A stretch of 64,000 bases of DNA from Eledone cirrhosa. Its lineage: Eukaryota. Where the stretch lies: positions 265,980,001 through 266,044,000 of the forward strand of contig OZ024740.1 in assembly GCA_964016885.1 (NCBI GenBank), in the 5' to 3' direction. Positions within the stretch are counted from its first letter, which is position 1. Each line of letters opens with the position of its first letter. Both the position numbers and the translations under genes were made by a program. The notes beneath the pieces are model-generated. The model searched no databases, was not told the DNA's origin, and saw only the letters and a program-made list of their open reading frames with translations. This document shows, piece after piece, positions 24,151 through 39,568 of this stretch.

Positions 24151-24530
24151 GTGAGTTATTAGGGCACTAGGATATGTTAGTAACTGCCTCAATACAAATC
24201 TTGAGAAGCTGAGCTTCACAGGAACAGAAAGAACACGACTAGTTAGGAAATTACTAGTACAATCCATTAATGGAAGAGTAAAAATAAGTAAAACATTCCG
24301 AAAATTCTGCATCTAATAATTGCATATACACTTGTACACATACAAAGCATATGCACATGCACACATACAATAACATCCATACCTGCACACATATGCATGC
24401 GTGCAAACATGCAGACATATCTACCTAGCTGATGTCGTGTAAGTTCCAATGAGAGATTCTTGCGTCTATGTTAGAAACCGACTCTCTCTCTATTGGCAAA
24501 AAATTTGTGAAATTATAAAACCAGAACAAC

Positions 24531-24703
24531 ATACATACAAACATACATACATACGTACATACATACATACATACATACAAACATACATACATACATACAT
24601 ACATACATACATACGTACATACATACATACATACATACAAACATACATACATACGTACGTACATACATACATACATACATACATACATACATACATACAT
24701 ACA

Positions 24704-24732
<29 letters not shown>
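24531..24732. repeat. (TACA)n microsatellite between Dong-like copies
   Basis: Direct reading; similar tracts at 26661-26714 and 27323-27390. Confidence 0.95.
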
Positions 24733-24734
<2 letters not shown>

Positions 24735-26172
24735 GTTTTTGCTGTGTTTGCTGTGTTTGCTGTGCCTGTCCTAGCACCAACTTTTGGAATACTCAATTGG
24801 ACGATAGACGAAATCCGAGCGATTGATGTTAGAACTCGAAAAATATTAAACAACACCGGAAACTTCCACATCAACAGTGACATAGACCGCCTTTACTTGA
24901 AACGTAAGCAGGGAGGCCTAACATCAGTCCAGACAGCATTTGAACGTCGCATCATATCCCTCCGACATCTACGAACCTCAAAGCCTAGGGCTCCTACGCT
25001 TTCGAACAAGTCTCTCGAACAAGTCTATCTCATGAAACAGATAAGATCATGAGAGTTTGGAAGGAACTCCTCGGGAGGTATTCCGTGTGATAATCAAAGA
25101 CTCACACCCAGGGAAGTTGCTCAGCAGCATCGCAGTGAATCCATGGATGAAAAACTGCATGCTTATCAGCAAAAAATCATGCATGGATATGTTGCCAGGA
25201 AGCTCCAGAGTGAGAGTAATATAGATAAAGAAAGTAGTCTGTCTTGGGCCAACAACCGCTGTATTGGCTCCCACTTTTAAGGATACGCTTTTGCAATACA
25301 AGAATAGGAAATTAACACGAAATACCTGATTCACAAAAGAGATAGGGATGCAGGCAAAACACCCAGATGAGATAACAAATGCAGACTCTGCGGAATTAAC
25401 ATCGAAGATGTCACCCATGTCATAAGCAGCTGTTCAAAGATGTCATCGTGGAATTATCTATGATGTAGTGGCCAAAACACTGTACAATGCAATCCGTAGA
25501 AAAGATAGCCCCGATAATAAACACATTAAAAGCTAAAGAATGGAAGACATACATATACATAATATGAAAGAGTACTGGTGGAATGTTCCAGTAAAAACCC
25601 CAATAAAATGCAGGCTTAACCGACCAGATATTATGGGCATGCACAGTAGTGGAAGTTAGCTGTTCAGCAGATGCCAATATAATGTCAAAGATTAGCGAAA
25701 AGGAGAATATCTATGTAGAACTGATGAGAAATCTGCAGATACTCCACCCTGATTATGCTTTCAGATTTATGCCTGTGATTATTGGGGCACTGGGATATGT
25801 AAGTAACTGCCTCAATACAAATCTTGAGAAGCTAGGCTTCACAGGAACAGAAAGAACACAACTAGTTAGGAAATTACAAGTACAATCCATTAATGGAACA
25901 GTAAAAATATGTAAAACATTCCAAAAGTGTTGCATCTAATAACTGTATATACACATGTACAGATACTAAGCATATACACATGCACACATACAACTCAAAA
26001 CATACACATCCACACATACAATAACATCTATATCTACACATGCATGCATGCAGACATGCAGACATATCTATCTAGCTGGTGTATAAATTCCAATGAGAGA
26101 GTTTTGTGTCTATGTTAGAAAACGACTCTCTCTCTATTGGCAAAACTTTGTGAAATTATCAAACCAGAAGAA
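24735..26172 (+). mobile_element. R4/Dong-like RLE LINE 3' portion, decayed
   Basis: AVPVLAPTFGILNW...DIDRLYLKRKQGG, CRLCGINIEDVTHVISSC, RPDI, VEVSCSAD; (CATA)n tail. Confidence 0.88.
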
Positions 26173-26181
26173 CATACATAC

Positions 26182-26530
26182 ATGATGGCTGCCCCCTCGT
26201 TATCGAGTATGGCCATTGCCCGATATACCATTATTAATAATAATTAATTAATACTAACGTGCAATGCCTGTGCGTGAAGATATTTTTTAAAGTTACGAAA
26301 GACTGTGCACTGAGCCAATCCCACTCTCTGAGCGACAGTAACTATAACCCTAAAAGAAGAAAAGATCAACATCATCGGTAACTACTGAGCCACAGGTTTT
26401 ATATCGGAGTTATCCCAGTTTCCTGAGTTGCCTTCTCTTAGAAGAATGCCCTGGCAAAGGCTAGGGGCCCTTCACTCCCAGTGGTTTAACGCGCGATCGG
26501 GTCTCCAGCCCGACTATTTCTATGTCCCCG
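26182..26530 (-). mobile_element. Non-autonomous RTE-related element, family B
   Basis: Minus strand has ...tagcctttgccagggcattcttctaagagaaggcaactc..., shared with the 26715 family; its 3' end recurs at 33219-33361. Confidence 0.6.
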
Positions 26531-26714
26531 CGCATATACATACACATGCACCCATGCATATACACAAATACACAGACATGTACATGTGTATATACATATT
26601 TACACACTTTTGGATGGCCGTTGACCCTTATGAGTTCTTCCGCCCTTTGTTACATACATCCATACATACATACATACATACATACATACATACATACATA
26701 CATACATACATACA

Positions 26715-27322
26715 TGGTGGCTGCCAACTCGTTTTCGAGTACGGCCACTACTTTATATCCATGTAGGAGAACCCCCACCGATGCGCTGAACGAGTGTGAC
26801 TTTTTAGTCCAGCCAGCGACTTGAAAACTCTGGTACAAACACTACACTTGTGACAATTATTGACACATAGTGCTGGGCCCGTGGTACCATGTGACGACAA
26901 GTGCAGAGAGATCTCCAGATATAAAGCAATGCCTGTGCCGTGAAGCTTTTATAGTGAGCAAAGGCACTGCACAAAGCTAGTCCCACTCTCTTAACCAGGA
27001 TGATATTTACCAAAAAGAAGAACAGGTCCACATCATTGGATACCATCAGGGTTGCAGGTGTTATATCAGAGTTTTCCTTCTCCTAGAATTCTGCCTTGAC
27101 AAAGGCTAAGGGGTCATCTCTCCCGGTGATTTTGGATGGCCATTGACTCTTAAGAGCTCCTTTGCCCTTTGACAGGTTTTGTTTTTAGTCCTGCAGGATG
27201 TCCAAAGTCACCCTCCTCACCAAGAAACCTTGGTGGGGTTGCCAGTTTAGTCGCCAACGACCCGACCATGAGACAGGTTATACTGGGATACATGTTACCA
27301 GTAGCACCAACTGGTGACCTGA
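26715..27322 (-). mobile_element. Bipartite non-autonomous RTE-derived element (5' UTR joined to a 3' end with a C2H2 remnant), family A
   Basis: RTE-like 5'-UTR motif ...ctaggagaaggaaaactctg, and a terminal [22 protein letters not shown] finger; near-identical copy at 38572-39027. Confidence 0.7.
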
Positions 27323-27390
27323 CATACATACATACATACATACATACATACATACATACATACATACATACATACATACATACATACATA

Positions 27391-27885
27391 CGGAGGCCTA
27401 ACATTATTCCACACCGCATTTGAGTGTCACATCATATCCCTCCGACATCTACGAACCCAATCGTAGAAGTCTATCTATTGAACAGGTTTCTCGACACGAG
27501 ACGGATAACATTGTGAGAATTGGGAAAGAACTCATAGGGAAGTACTCCCTGCATTCTCTAAAATTCACACGGACGGAAATTTCACATCAATACCTTAAGG
27601 AATCCATGGATGAAAATCTGCATGCTTATCAGCAAAAAAATCATGCATGGCTATGTTGCCAGGAAGCTCCAACATAGATAAGCAAATTAGTCTACCTTTG
27701 ACCAACAACCGCTATATTGTCTCTCACTTTTGCAATCCAAGCATAGAATTAACTGATTCTCAAAAAAAAAAAAAAAATAGGGATGCAGGCAAAAAACCTA
27801 GATGTGACTACAGATGCAAACTCTGTGGAATTAACATCGAAGATATCACCCATATCATAAGCAGCTGTCCATATCACCCATATCA
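27391..27885 (+). mobile_element. R4/Dong-like fragment (up to the CCHC finger)
   Basis: CKLCGINIEDITHIISSC; collinear with 24912-25435; starts directly after (TACA)n. Confidence 0.8.
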
Positions 27886-27936
27886 TAAAGACTGGGTTAT
27901 ACAGAAAGCCACAATCTGCAAGAAATTTCTTGTATA

Positions 27937-30752
27937 ATGGGAGGTGGGGTGGCAGTGCTGTTTAGGAAAGTCTTGGATCTCGAGGTAAAGTCGATCTTCT
28001 GGGACCCGGACGATAAGTTGGTGGTCCTGGACGTGAACAATAGCGAAGGCGGTACCTTTAGACTGGTGGCCGTCTACGCCCATACCGGAGCCGGACGGTC
28101 GTACTTCTTTAGGGGACTGGAAGCCTTCATGGATACGTTAGCGGGAGACTGGAACAGCGTCTTAGACGTACGCTGGGATTGTGTGGGAGTAGCTGATAGG
28201 AGCGGGGGACGCAAATGCCTCAAGTCCCTGATCAGCCAGTTCCAAGTGTCTGACAGGTACCGACTAGATTTCCCTAAGGCACCAGTCTGGACCTGAACCA
28301 ACCGTATAGGGTCATCTAGATCGTATATAGACAGGATTTTCAATAGGAAAGTAAATAGAAATAGTGTAAGTTCTCCACGTTTTTAAACGGTCGCCTAATG
28401 AGATCACAAGTTTGTGATCTATATGGCCGACCTAGATAAGACGCGTAGGTTAGGACATGGTTACTAGAAGCTGAATATGTCGTTTCCAGCACGTAAGGCT
28501 TACAGGGACCGAGTCAACAACTTAGTTAAGAAAAAGTTAACAGGGGTTCGGGGTCGTCATCAACAGATGGTTGAAGGCTCTCAAAAGAGAGATTAGAGTA
28601 ATTTCGATAGGGTTTAGCAAAGAGATTAGCGTTAGAGAAAGGAGGTAGAGCTGGTAGCTAAGTTGGATGAGGCTGTTTGTAGTGGCATTGCAACTGGTGT
28701 GTTAGCGGCGAGAATGGCATTAGACCATTTCTTCGATGCGAAACACGAAGGTTGCATTGTCAGAGATAAGGCGTGTGCTCTGAGAAACAAGGGAACCCAA
28801 GATGTTTGATGGGCCCGCGTTGCAGGGGATGCAGCGTGGTAATAAAACCACAATTCGGTCTGTGACGGACCGGGACGGACATGAGCTGAGCGATTTCAAG
28901 CGAATGTTTGAGGCCTTTCACCAGCACTTTGCTCGGTTGCTTGGGGGGAGTGGCGGGTCAGAGACGGTCGCCGACTTCAGTTTCTACCTCGACGGCTTGA
29001 CGCGCCTCTCGACGGCCGATGCTGAGCGAAAGACCAATTACTTCAGCCGAAATTCAGGATGCCCTTGTCGGCTGCATGAGGTGCAAGCCACCCGGTTTGG
29101 ATGGTCTGCCCTACGAACTTTACGTAAATATGCCAGATTTGCTCTCCGATCTCCTCGAAGCGCTTTACTGCAACTGACAGTAGAACGGGAATATTATTAG
29201 TTCTGTGATCCGGGGCGTAGTGACGCTAATAAGGAAAAACGAGACCAAGAGAGACACATTAGGCCCATATCTCTGCTCAACACAGGGTTTAAGGTTTTGG
29301 CCAAGGTATTAGCGAAGAGGTTGGCGCTTGTTGTCGAGGATTTGGCTGGAGCGGTGCAACTTAGGAAATCCCGACCAGGTCCATACACAACAACCTCCAC
29401 CTCATACGATACATCATACAGAGGGTAAGGTGTAAACCTGGCTTCAGTGAGGCTCTGATCAATTTAGATGAATCGAAAGTATTCGATAGGGTCGACCATC
29501 GGTACCTAGAGGCTGGCCCCAAGGCAGCTGGCTTCGGCCCAATCCTCAAAAGCTACAATGCACAGCGGCATCTGTTCGGTGATCAAAGTTAATGGCCACC
29601 TCTCGGAACCGTTTCAGGTCGTATTGACTCTCGAGCCTTTACTGCGGAAGCTGGAGCTGTTGCAGGGAAACCGCTGGAACCGTGACGCGGAAAGGTTGTG
29701 TCGGCTTATGCAGACGATATCACCGTGATAGTGTCGGACACCTCGGAAATCGAGGTGGTCGGCACCTTATTGGAGGAATATGAAAGGCTGACAGGAGGAA
29801 ACTTAACCCGAATAGGTCGGTGGACTTGCAGGTCGGCACCTGGAGAAGCAAGTCCATGCCATCCAACATCTGGAATGTTGCCAGGCACTCACCAGGCACT
29901 CACTTCCCTTTACCAGGTGAGCAATGCGAGTGGAACTTCCACTCTCGAGTTCTATAGAGGATTAGTGGTGTACATGTGCGACGACACACTCGGGGAGGCT
30001 CTAGGCTTCGACGAAGTCGAACTTACCAGTGTGTTCCGGAGGACCTTCGAACCGGGGACGATGGATAACTTCAAGAAATCCCTCGCTTGGCAGTGCTACC
30101 GGGGGGCACTGCTCGTACGAGATAAACTGTACAGGCACGGAAGTGCTGTCAGACGGACCTGCCCGAATTGCGCAAAGAGCGATGAAACCGTTCTGCCCGC
30201 ACGCGTCCAATGTCCGTGCATTACTGATTTGTGGAGTTATGTCGAACAGCTGTTGTCGCGTGTAGAACGGATCCGGTTATCGGCCGAGTCCATGGGGAAG
30301 ATCGACCCAACCCTTTCCTTTGGCCAGAAAGGGCTTAAGACGAGCACTTACCTCTTCGGTGATGCCCGGATTAACCTTTTCAAATTTCATATGAAAAGGA
30401 AAATCAGGGTGGAGAGGGAAGGGCTCTCTTCCCAGCAATGTGTTGAAAGATGGGTGAGAGAGGCAAGCATGGCCCAAGTGAATGGGCCTGCTCTGAGTAT
30501 GCGCCTGTAAATTGAAGGTCGAAAACCTGGAGAGGGCACTTGTCCTGGTGGTCAGGATCACTGTGACTTTTTTAATGGGCTTTCTCCACGAGTGTCCCTC
30601 GGAAGACTCCCCCCTATTGGGGAATTTTCATTTGTTTCTTTTTTGTCATTTCCTTGGTTTTTTCTTTACACGCAGAAATGCCCATTTGTCCCGTCCAGTG
30701 CTGTCCTTAATGTTATACTTTATGCCAACCCTTGTGGTTAATAAAGAAAACG
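27937..30752 (+). mobile_element. Tx1-clade LINE copy 4, 5'-truncated and internally deleted
   Basis: GGGVAVLFRK...AGDWN APE, PGLDGLPYE, AYADD, CPNCAKSDETV; AATAAA at 30740 followed by (TTA)n. Confidence 0.88.
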
Positions 30753-31081
30753 TTATTATTATTATATACATCTATTTATATGTGTATGCATACACATACA
30801 GATATATATGTTTGCACGTGTGTCTGTATGAATGTAGGCATTTTTTTGTATTTCTGTTTTCTGTGTGTCTTTATCTTTATTTGATTGTATTGTGGAATTG
30901 TTGAAAGAGTAAGGAGCGAGAAAGTGAAAGTAAATTACTAAGACAAAAAGGGCTGAGAGCGACAATGTGGTCTGAGGTACCAAAAAATAACTTAGCAACA
31001 CAAGACGTGATTATGTATGTGTTTGAGAGTACAAGAGCGAACGACATACTGTCAGCCAAGTATGCATAAATACACACAGTC

Positions 31082-31109
<28 letters not shown>

Positions 31110-31112
<3 letters not shown>

Positions 31113-31368
31113 ACGAAGGAATTGTGGTAAGCAACCAGATGGACCATAACGCACCAGAGTACTCAATACTTAAGGGAGTAGAGTGGGTAATAGGAAAAAG
31201 TATGACCCCGACAGCAGAGCTCAAGCCGTTTCGACGGCTATTTCTGTTATAATAACTTGCTCAATATGAATAAAAGAGGCGTCTGTAAACTATCCAGTTT
31301 TCCTCCATCACCATCAGAAATAGCCGTCGAAACGGCTTCAGCTCTGCCGTCGGGGTCATACTTTTTCC

Positions 31369-31370
<2 letters not shown>
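31110..31370. mobile_element. Fold-back 3'-end element with half hammerhead, copy 1 (with captured 72-bp spacer)
   Basis: 31190-31246 is inverted relative to 31315-31370; same family at 34714, 39153 and 58145. Confidence 0.8.
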
Positions 31371-31439
<69 letters not shown>

Positions 31440-31578
31440 GGGGGAAAGACGGAGGAGAAAGAAAGAGAGAGTATGTGTGTGAAAGCGGAAGATAGATTGA
31501 GGGACAAATAGACAGTAGATAGCTAGATAGATAGATAGATACATATATGGATAAATAGATAGATACATATATGGATAT

Positions 31579-31654
<76 letters not shown>

Positions 31655-32317
31655 ACAGGCAGACAGGCAGGTAGACTGACAGATTGACAGACAATAAACA
31701 GAGTTAGACAGTCAGACAGACAGATAGACAAATAGACAGACATAGACAGATAGAAGATAGGTAGGTTTTGACTGAATGAGAGGTGAAAACGTACGAGAGA
31801 CAAAGACAAAGCGAGAGGAGCGGGAAGGGGGGGGGGGGGCTGAAAAGAAGAGAGTTACAGAAAGGGAGAGAATTAGTAGAAGAAATATAGAAATAAGAGA
31901 AGTAAGAAGTAAGATAAAAGGAAGAAAAAATAGGAAAACTGTAAAGACTAAAAACAAACAAGCAAAGAAAGATTTTCTTTTCAACACTTCTTACCAGCGG
32001 CAAACTAGCTAATTTCCCAATACGCATCTGCCAACTCCGAAGCAATATCCCATATCTAGCGGACATTACTGTTTTTTTTTCTTTTGTTGTTGTTTCTTTT
32101 TCACTCTTCTACTCTACTCTGCTTCTTTCTGCGGATGTTGTTATAATAACTTGCTCAATATGAATAAAAGAGGCGTCTGTAAACTATCCAGTTTTCCTCC
32201 TTCACCATCACCGCCTATTTCTTCTTCTTTTTCTTCTTCTTCTACTTAGTCGTCGTCGTCGTCTTCTTCTTCTTCTCCTTCTTCTTCTTCTCCTTCTTCT
32301 TCTTCTTCTTCTTCTTC

Positions 32318-32379
<62 letters not shown>

Positions 32380-32380
32380 G

Positions 32381-32566
32381 GGGCGGTGGATTGGCAGTAT
32401 CGGTAGAGGGTCGGACGTCATGCTTTGACGCATAGAGTTGCGGCCCTTTCCATTCTGAGTTCAAATCCCGCCAGGTCAACTTTGCCTTTCATCCTTACGG
32501 GGTCGATAAAATAAAGTACCAGTAATGTACTAGGTAATTGCTGGCCTTGTGCCACAAGTAGAAACA

Positions 32567-32567
<1 letters not shown>
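32381..32567 (+). mobile_element. tRNA-derived SINE, full length, in (TTA)n
   Basis: Box A tggcagtatcgg, box B gagttcaaatcc, conserved core, (TTA)n on both sides. Confidence 0.9.
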
Positions 32568-32608
<41 letters not shown>

Positions 32609-32811
32609 TTATTCTTCTCCTTCTTTGCCTTCTTCATTTTCTTTCTTTTTCCTCTTTTCCCTACTTCCTCTTATTCTTCTTCTTCTACCACTTCCTCCAT
32701 CTCTTCATCTTCTTCTCTTTCTTCTTCTTCTTCTTATTATTATTTTGTTTTTATTATTGTTGTTGTTGTTATTGTTGTTGTTATTATTATTATTATTAAA
32801 ATTATTATTAG

Positions 32812-32874
<63 letters not shown>

Positions 32875-33121
32875 CCTTCACCCTCTTCACTTCGCCCTTT
32901 TCACTTCTACCTCTACCTACCCATCTTTTAGCTTGTTCTCTTATACTCATATTTTATGATTCCATCACCAAGCAACCAATTTTCTGATTTGCAGTCATTT
33001 ATCAACTTATAATGTATCAATACACATGTACACACATACATAAACAGACACACCTGTGTCACATACACATACACATTGCAAATACACATACACACTGCTT
33101 AGATGGAAATACGTATATATA

Positions 33122-33207
<86 letters not shown>

Positions 33208-33218
33208 TATATATACAT

Positions 33219-33361
33219 GATGGCTGCCCCCTCGTTATCGAGCATGGCCATTGCACGATATACTATTATTAATAATTATTAATTAATTCTATCGTGCAAT
33301 GCCTGTGCGTGAAGATATTTTTTAAAGTGAGGAAAGACTGTGCACTGAGCCAATCCCACTC
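33219..33361 (-). mobile_element. 3' end of RTE-related family B
   Basis: Similar to 26182-26326. Confidence 0.7.
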
Positions 33362-33370
33362 ATACATACA

Positions 33371-33436
<66 letters not shown>

Positions 33437-33861
33437 AAGAGAGAGCGAGAGAGAGAGCGCAAGATAATGGGAGTATGTTTGTGTATCTATATAAATATAC
33501 AGAGAAAGGGAGATAGATATTTCTATATATATTACTTTTTACATATATATGTGTGTGTGTGTGCGTAAACACATACATAGATATATATATATACATATCT
33601 ATATAGACATAGAGAGACATATACACACTTAGGTATTGATATCATTAAATGCATACATATGCCTATAGGTGTATATCCCTATATAGATACATTCATATTG
33701 TATTGTATTGTATACAAAGGTTTATATATAGAAATGGCTACCAGACACCTATTTTCGCATAAAATACTCCTAACCTTACGTGTATATACATACAGTACGT
33801 TGGAAGCTGTAACGCAATTTCTCTATCAGTATTTCTCTACTTCATATATACACACACACAC

Positions 33862-34008
<147 letters not shown>

Positions 34009-34045
34009 TATAGGCAAAAATCAGGACCCTGACAGCTATATATAT

Positions 34046-34431
<386 letters not shown>

Positions 34432-34713
34432 TAAATTACCGAGAATCGTTTTCAGCTCAGGAATTAACGAAAATCAACGTCCGATATGTGTGGCAAGCGC
34501 TCGATGAATCATATGAATCAGAGCTACAACATACGTTAAGGGCCAAACACACAGCCAAAACAAAACGACCAAGTAATTCGGGTCAAACAATAAAAATATA
34601 TGTGTTGATACTTTCCCGGACCCTGGACTGATGGTAAAATCCAGTATTGGTTTCTGCGACTCCAAATCAGGTACTGTCCGCCTACATAAAGAATGTTGGG
34701 CTTCTGGTGAGAT

Positions 34714-34863
34714 GATAACGAAGGAAATGTGGTAAGGAACCAGGTGGACCATAACGCACCAAAGTACTCAATACTTAGGGTAGTAGAGTGGGTAAAAGGA
34801 ACGAGTTAGTCCAGAATTAGCCGTCGAAACGGCTTGAGCTCAGCCGTCGGGGTCCTACTCGAT

Positions 34864-34868
<5 letters not shown>
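34714..34868. mobile_element. Fold-back half-hammerhead element, copy 2
   Basis: ataacgaaggaaatgtgg... arm followed by agtccagaattagccgtcgaaacggc...gccgtcggggtc. Confidence 0.8.
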
Positions 34869-34903
<35 letters not shown>

Positions 34904-35382
34904 GAAATTAGAATATATATCTATATATAGAGGGAGAGAAAGAGCCATATCCATATATCGTTTAAGAAGCACATAGTATTTTGTACATATATAGGAAAAA
35001 ATACGAATTTTAAAGTGTAAAACTCTTCTTTCTTTATGATATCATTTCATAGTTAGCAAACCATAACAAAAATTGATGTAACTAATTGATAATCGATCAC
35101 CAATTATCGATTTAGGTAAATCTATGGGAGACGCAAACCTATCATTACAGGAAATCGTCTTCGGATAAGTTCCAGTAGAGTGTAGAGTACAAAATACTTT
35201 TATATCTATCGTGATCCGAATGTTAGGCCAAAACCATAGACAACATCGTGTAAGAGCTTTTTATCTGTGGCGGCAGATATATATAGGACTGAATGTCGTA
35301 TCTACTAGAAATAGGTGGGAAGTCTAGTTACAGTATAAGCAGCTCAACAAATTAAGAATTTGGAACGGTTATATTAGTATAA

Positions 35383-35442
<60 letters not shown>

Positions 35443-35470
35443 TTTGAGTATGTAAGCGTTCTTTGGTTTC

Positions 35471-36330
<860 letters not shown>

Positions 36331-36834
36331 ATATATATATATATTAACACTTAAACAAAATCCCTTTTCGAGGGAATATAAGCTTGATCGACTAAAATAA
36401 GTCGGTTTTAATGATAGAGTTCCCGAACAATAGTTTCTGGAATTCAAAAGGCAACATTGACCATTCCAAGACATTGGAATAACCAATACTGGAAGAATTA
36501 CTATTCCTTCAACTAGGGGAGAATCCATGTTCATAAGAGAAGTTCGATATAATTAATACATAGCATGACGTTGCTGACTGCATGGTGTCCGATGTGTTGT
36601 GTCTTTGAATTACTATCTGAATATATCACTCTCAATGTATGAGTACAAAATGTCAGGTTTATATTAACGTAGGAAATATCAGTCAGCCAAAACCATTTAA
36701 ATCAGTTCAAGAATGAATGGAGCATTTATTCAATATTTAAAGTTAATTTCTCTAATACATCTCAATGAAAGGATAAGATATATTAATAAATTATCTAGTC
36801 GGAGAATAAATAAAATATATTAAGACTTAAGCAA

Positions 36835-36914
<80 letters not shown>

Positions 36915-36916
<2 letters not shown>

Positions 36917-37367
36917 TAGACCTGAAAAATGCGCAAGCTCAAAAGAGCCACAGAATGTTATAATAAACCTTCAAAAGTGTGGGACTAGAGTTGTTGCTCA
37001 AAAATATTGTAATCATTATCTATCGTACACTCTGTTGCATCCTTTTATTAAAAAAAAAAAAGAGACTCATAACGAACTCGAGACGACACGATAATTATTT
37101 AAGCTAATGTTCAATATCTCATATTAGATGTTTAGTATTGATTAATACCAAATGCACTTAAACCGAATTCTATATTATAAATTCACTTAAATGATTATCG
37201 TGTCGTCTTGGGTTCGTTATGAGTCTCTTTTTTGTAAAAGGATGCCACAGAGTATACGGTAGATAATGATTACAATATTTGTTAGCAACAATTCTAGTCC
37301 CACACTTTTAAAGGTTTATTATAACATTCTGTGGCTCTTTTGAGCTTGCGCATTTTTCAGGTCTAGT
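36915..37367. mobile_element. MITE/fold-back element with ~185-bp terminal inverted repeats
   Basis: actagacctgaaaaatgcgcaagctc... (36915-37103) versus ...gagcttgcgcatttttcaggtctagt (37186-37367). Confidence 0.8.
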
Positions 37368-38081
37368 TTAATATTTTTTTAAGGCAACGCTTGTAATAAC
37401 TCTAGTTAAACATGATATATATTAATAATAAATTATCGTTGAAATGTAATTAGATTATATAATTGTTATTTTATAAATGATCTTATAAATATTATTGTAA
37501 GATGTATAAAAATATTTTCAGACTTTTAATATAAACAACTACAAAAAACAATCAATATTAAATAAATATATTTTACATAATAATTGTTATAGTTGAATTA
37601 ATAAAAATTTAAATATTACATACAAATAGTCTAACATAATAATAAAACAAATAATCTAACATAAAACGAACAATAATATGGAAAAATATACAAGTAAATA
37701 TGATACAACCAATATTATAAGCATGTTATTACGAACTGAAAGAAAAATAGTTAATATGAATTTAAAAAATCATATATAAATTAACAATATAACTTACCAA
37801 AACGAGAAAAATATTTTGATGATAAAAACGACGAAATACAGGAGGAAGATTCGAAAGCAAAACGATAAATAAACGTGCAAACAAAATGGCAGATGCTTTT
37901 GAGCAACAATTACTCTCGATGGTTGATTAGCCAATAAGACGATACATTACAAAACATGTTAGGCACCGATCACCACAGCCAGCGACACCCCATGAACTTT
38001 TTATTCACAAGCTACATATATATGTCAGACACGCAGACTTAAAACATTCTGTTGTTAGTCACTGCGTGTCTAACATATATA

Positions 38082-38125
<44 letters not shown>

Positions 38126-38309
38126 AGACATATATATATACAGAGTGTGTGACGAAAGAATTATGACTATATATAAACAACTATCTGGTTGTGGGACCAA
38201 CCAACCAACCAGAAATTTATAAATTTATAAATTTATTATAATAAATTGAAGTGAAAGCAACTGGTGCGTGTGTTTCTTATTGGCAACATGACCCTCCCAA
38301 AGTATAACA

Positions 38310-38394
<85 letters not shown>

Positions 38395-38432
38395 CACTGA
38401 TTCATATATAGGAATAAAAAAATAAATAAATA

Positions 38433-39027
<595 letters not shown>

Positions 39028-39051
39028 TATATATATATATATATATATATA

Positions 39052-39113
39052 AGGGCGGTGCCCCAGCATGGCCTCAGCCGGATGGCTGAAACAGGTAAAA
39101 GAGAATAAAAAGA

Positions 39114-39118
<5 letters not shown>
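39052..39118 (+). repeat. Short retroelement 3'-tail fragment
   Basis: agggcggtgccccagcatggcctcagccg...aaaagagaata recurs at 48744-48806. Confidence 0.6.
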
Positions 39119-39152
<34 letters not shown>

Positions 39153-39155
<3 letters not shown>

Positions 39156-39322
39156 CGAAGGAAATGTGGTAAGGAACCAGGTGGACCATAACGCACCAAA
39201 GTACTCAATACTTAGGGAAGTAGAGTGGGTAATAGGAATGAGTAGGACCCCGACGGCTGAGCTCAAGCCATTTTGTCGGCTAATTCTGGACTCCAGAATT
39301 AGCCGTCGAAACGTTACTCATT

Positions 39323-39326
<4 letters not shown>
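39153..39326. mobile_element. Fold-back half-hammerhead element, copy 3
   Basis: Same family; hairpin centre ctggactccag at 39286-39296. Confidence 0.8.
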
Positions 39327-39404
<78 letters not shown>

Positions 39405-39492
39405 TACACACAGAGTGAGATATCTAGATAAATATACATATATATATATGTATATATGCCCCTCTTTCTCTCTTTTTCTTTTTTACCCGTCC

Positions 39493-39568
<76 letters not shown>

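Larger units (their letters stand above)
22028..24530 (+). mobile_element. R4/Dong-like 3' fragment split by a nested RTE insertion
   Basis: 22028-22215 and 24151-24530 are collinear with 18940-19690 and 25630-26170. Confidence 0.85.

Noticed and set aside
38015-38080. Small hairpin as a miRNA precursor
   Set aside because: It is a short TA-flanked inverted repeat with no supporting evidence, more likely a fold-back relic.
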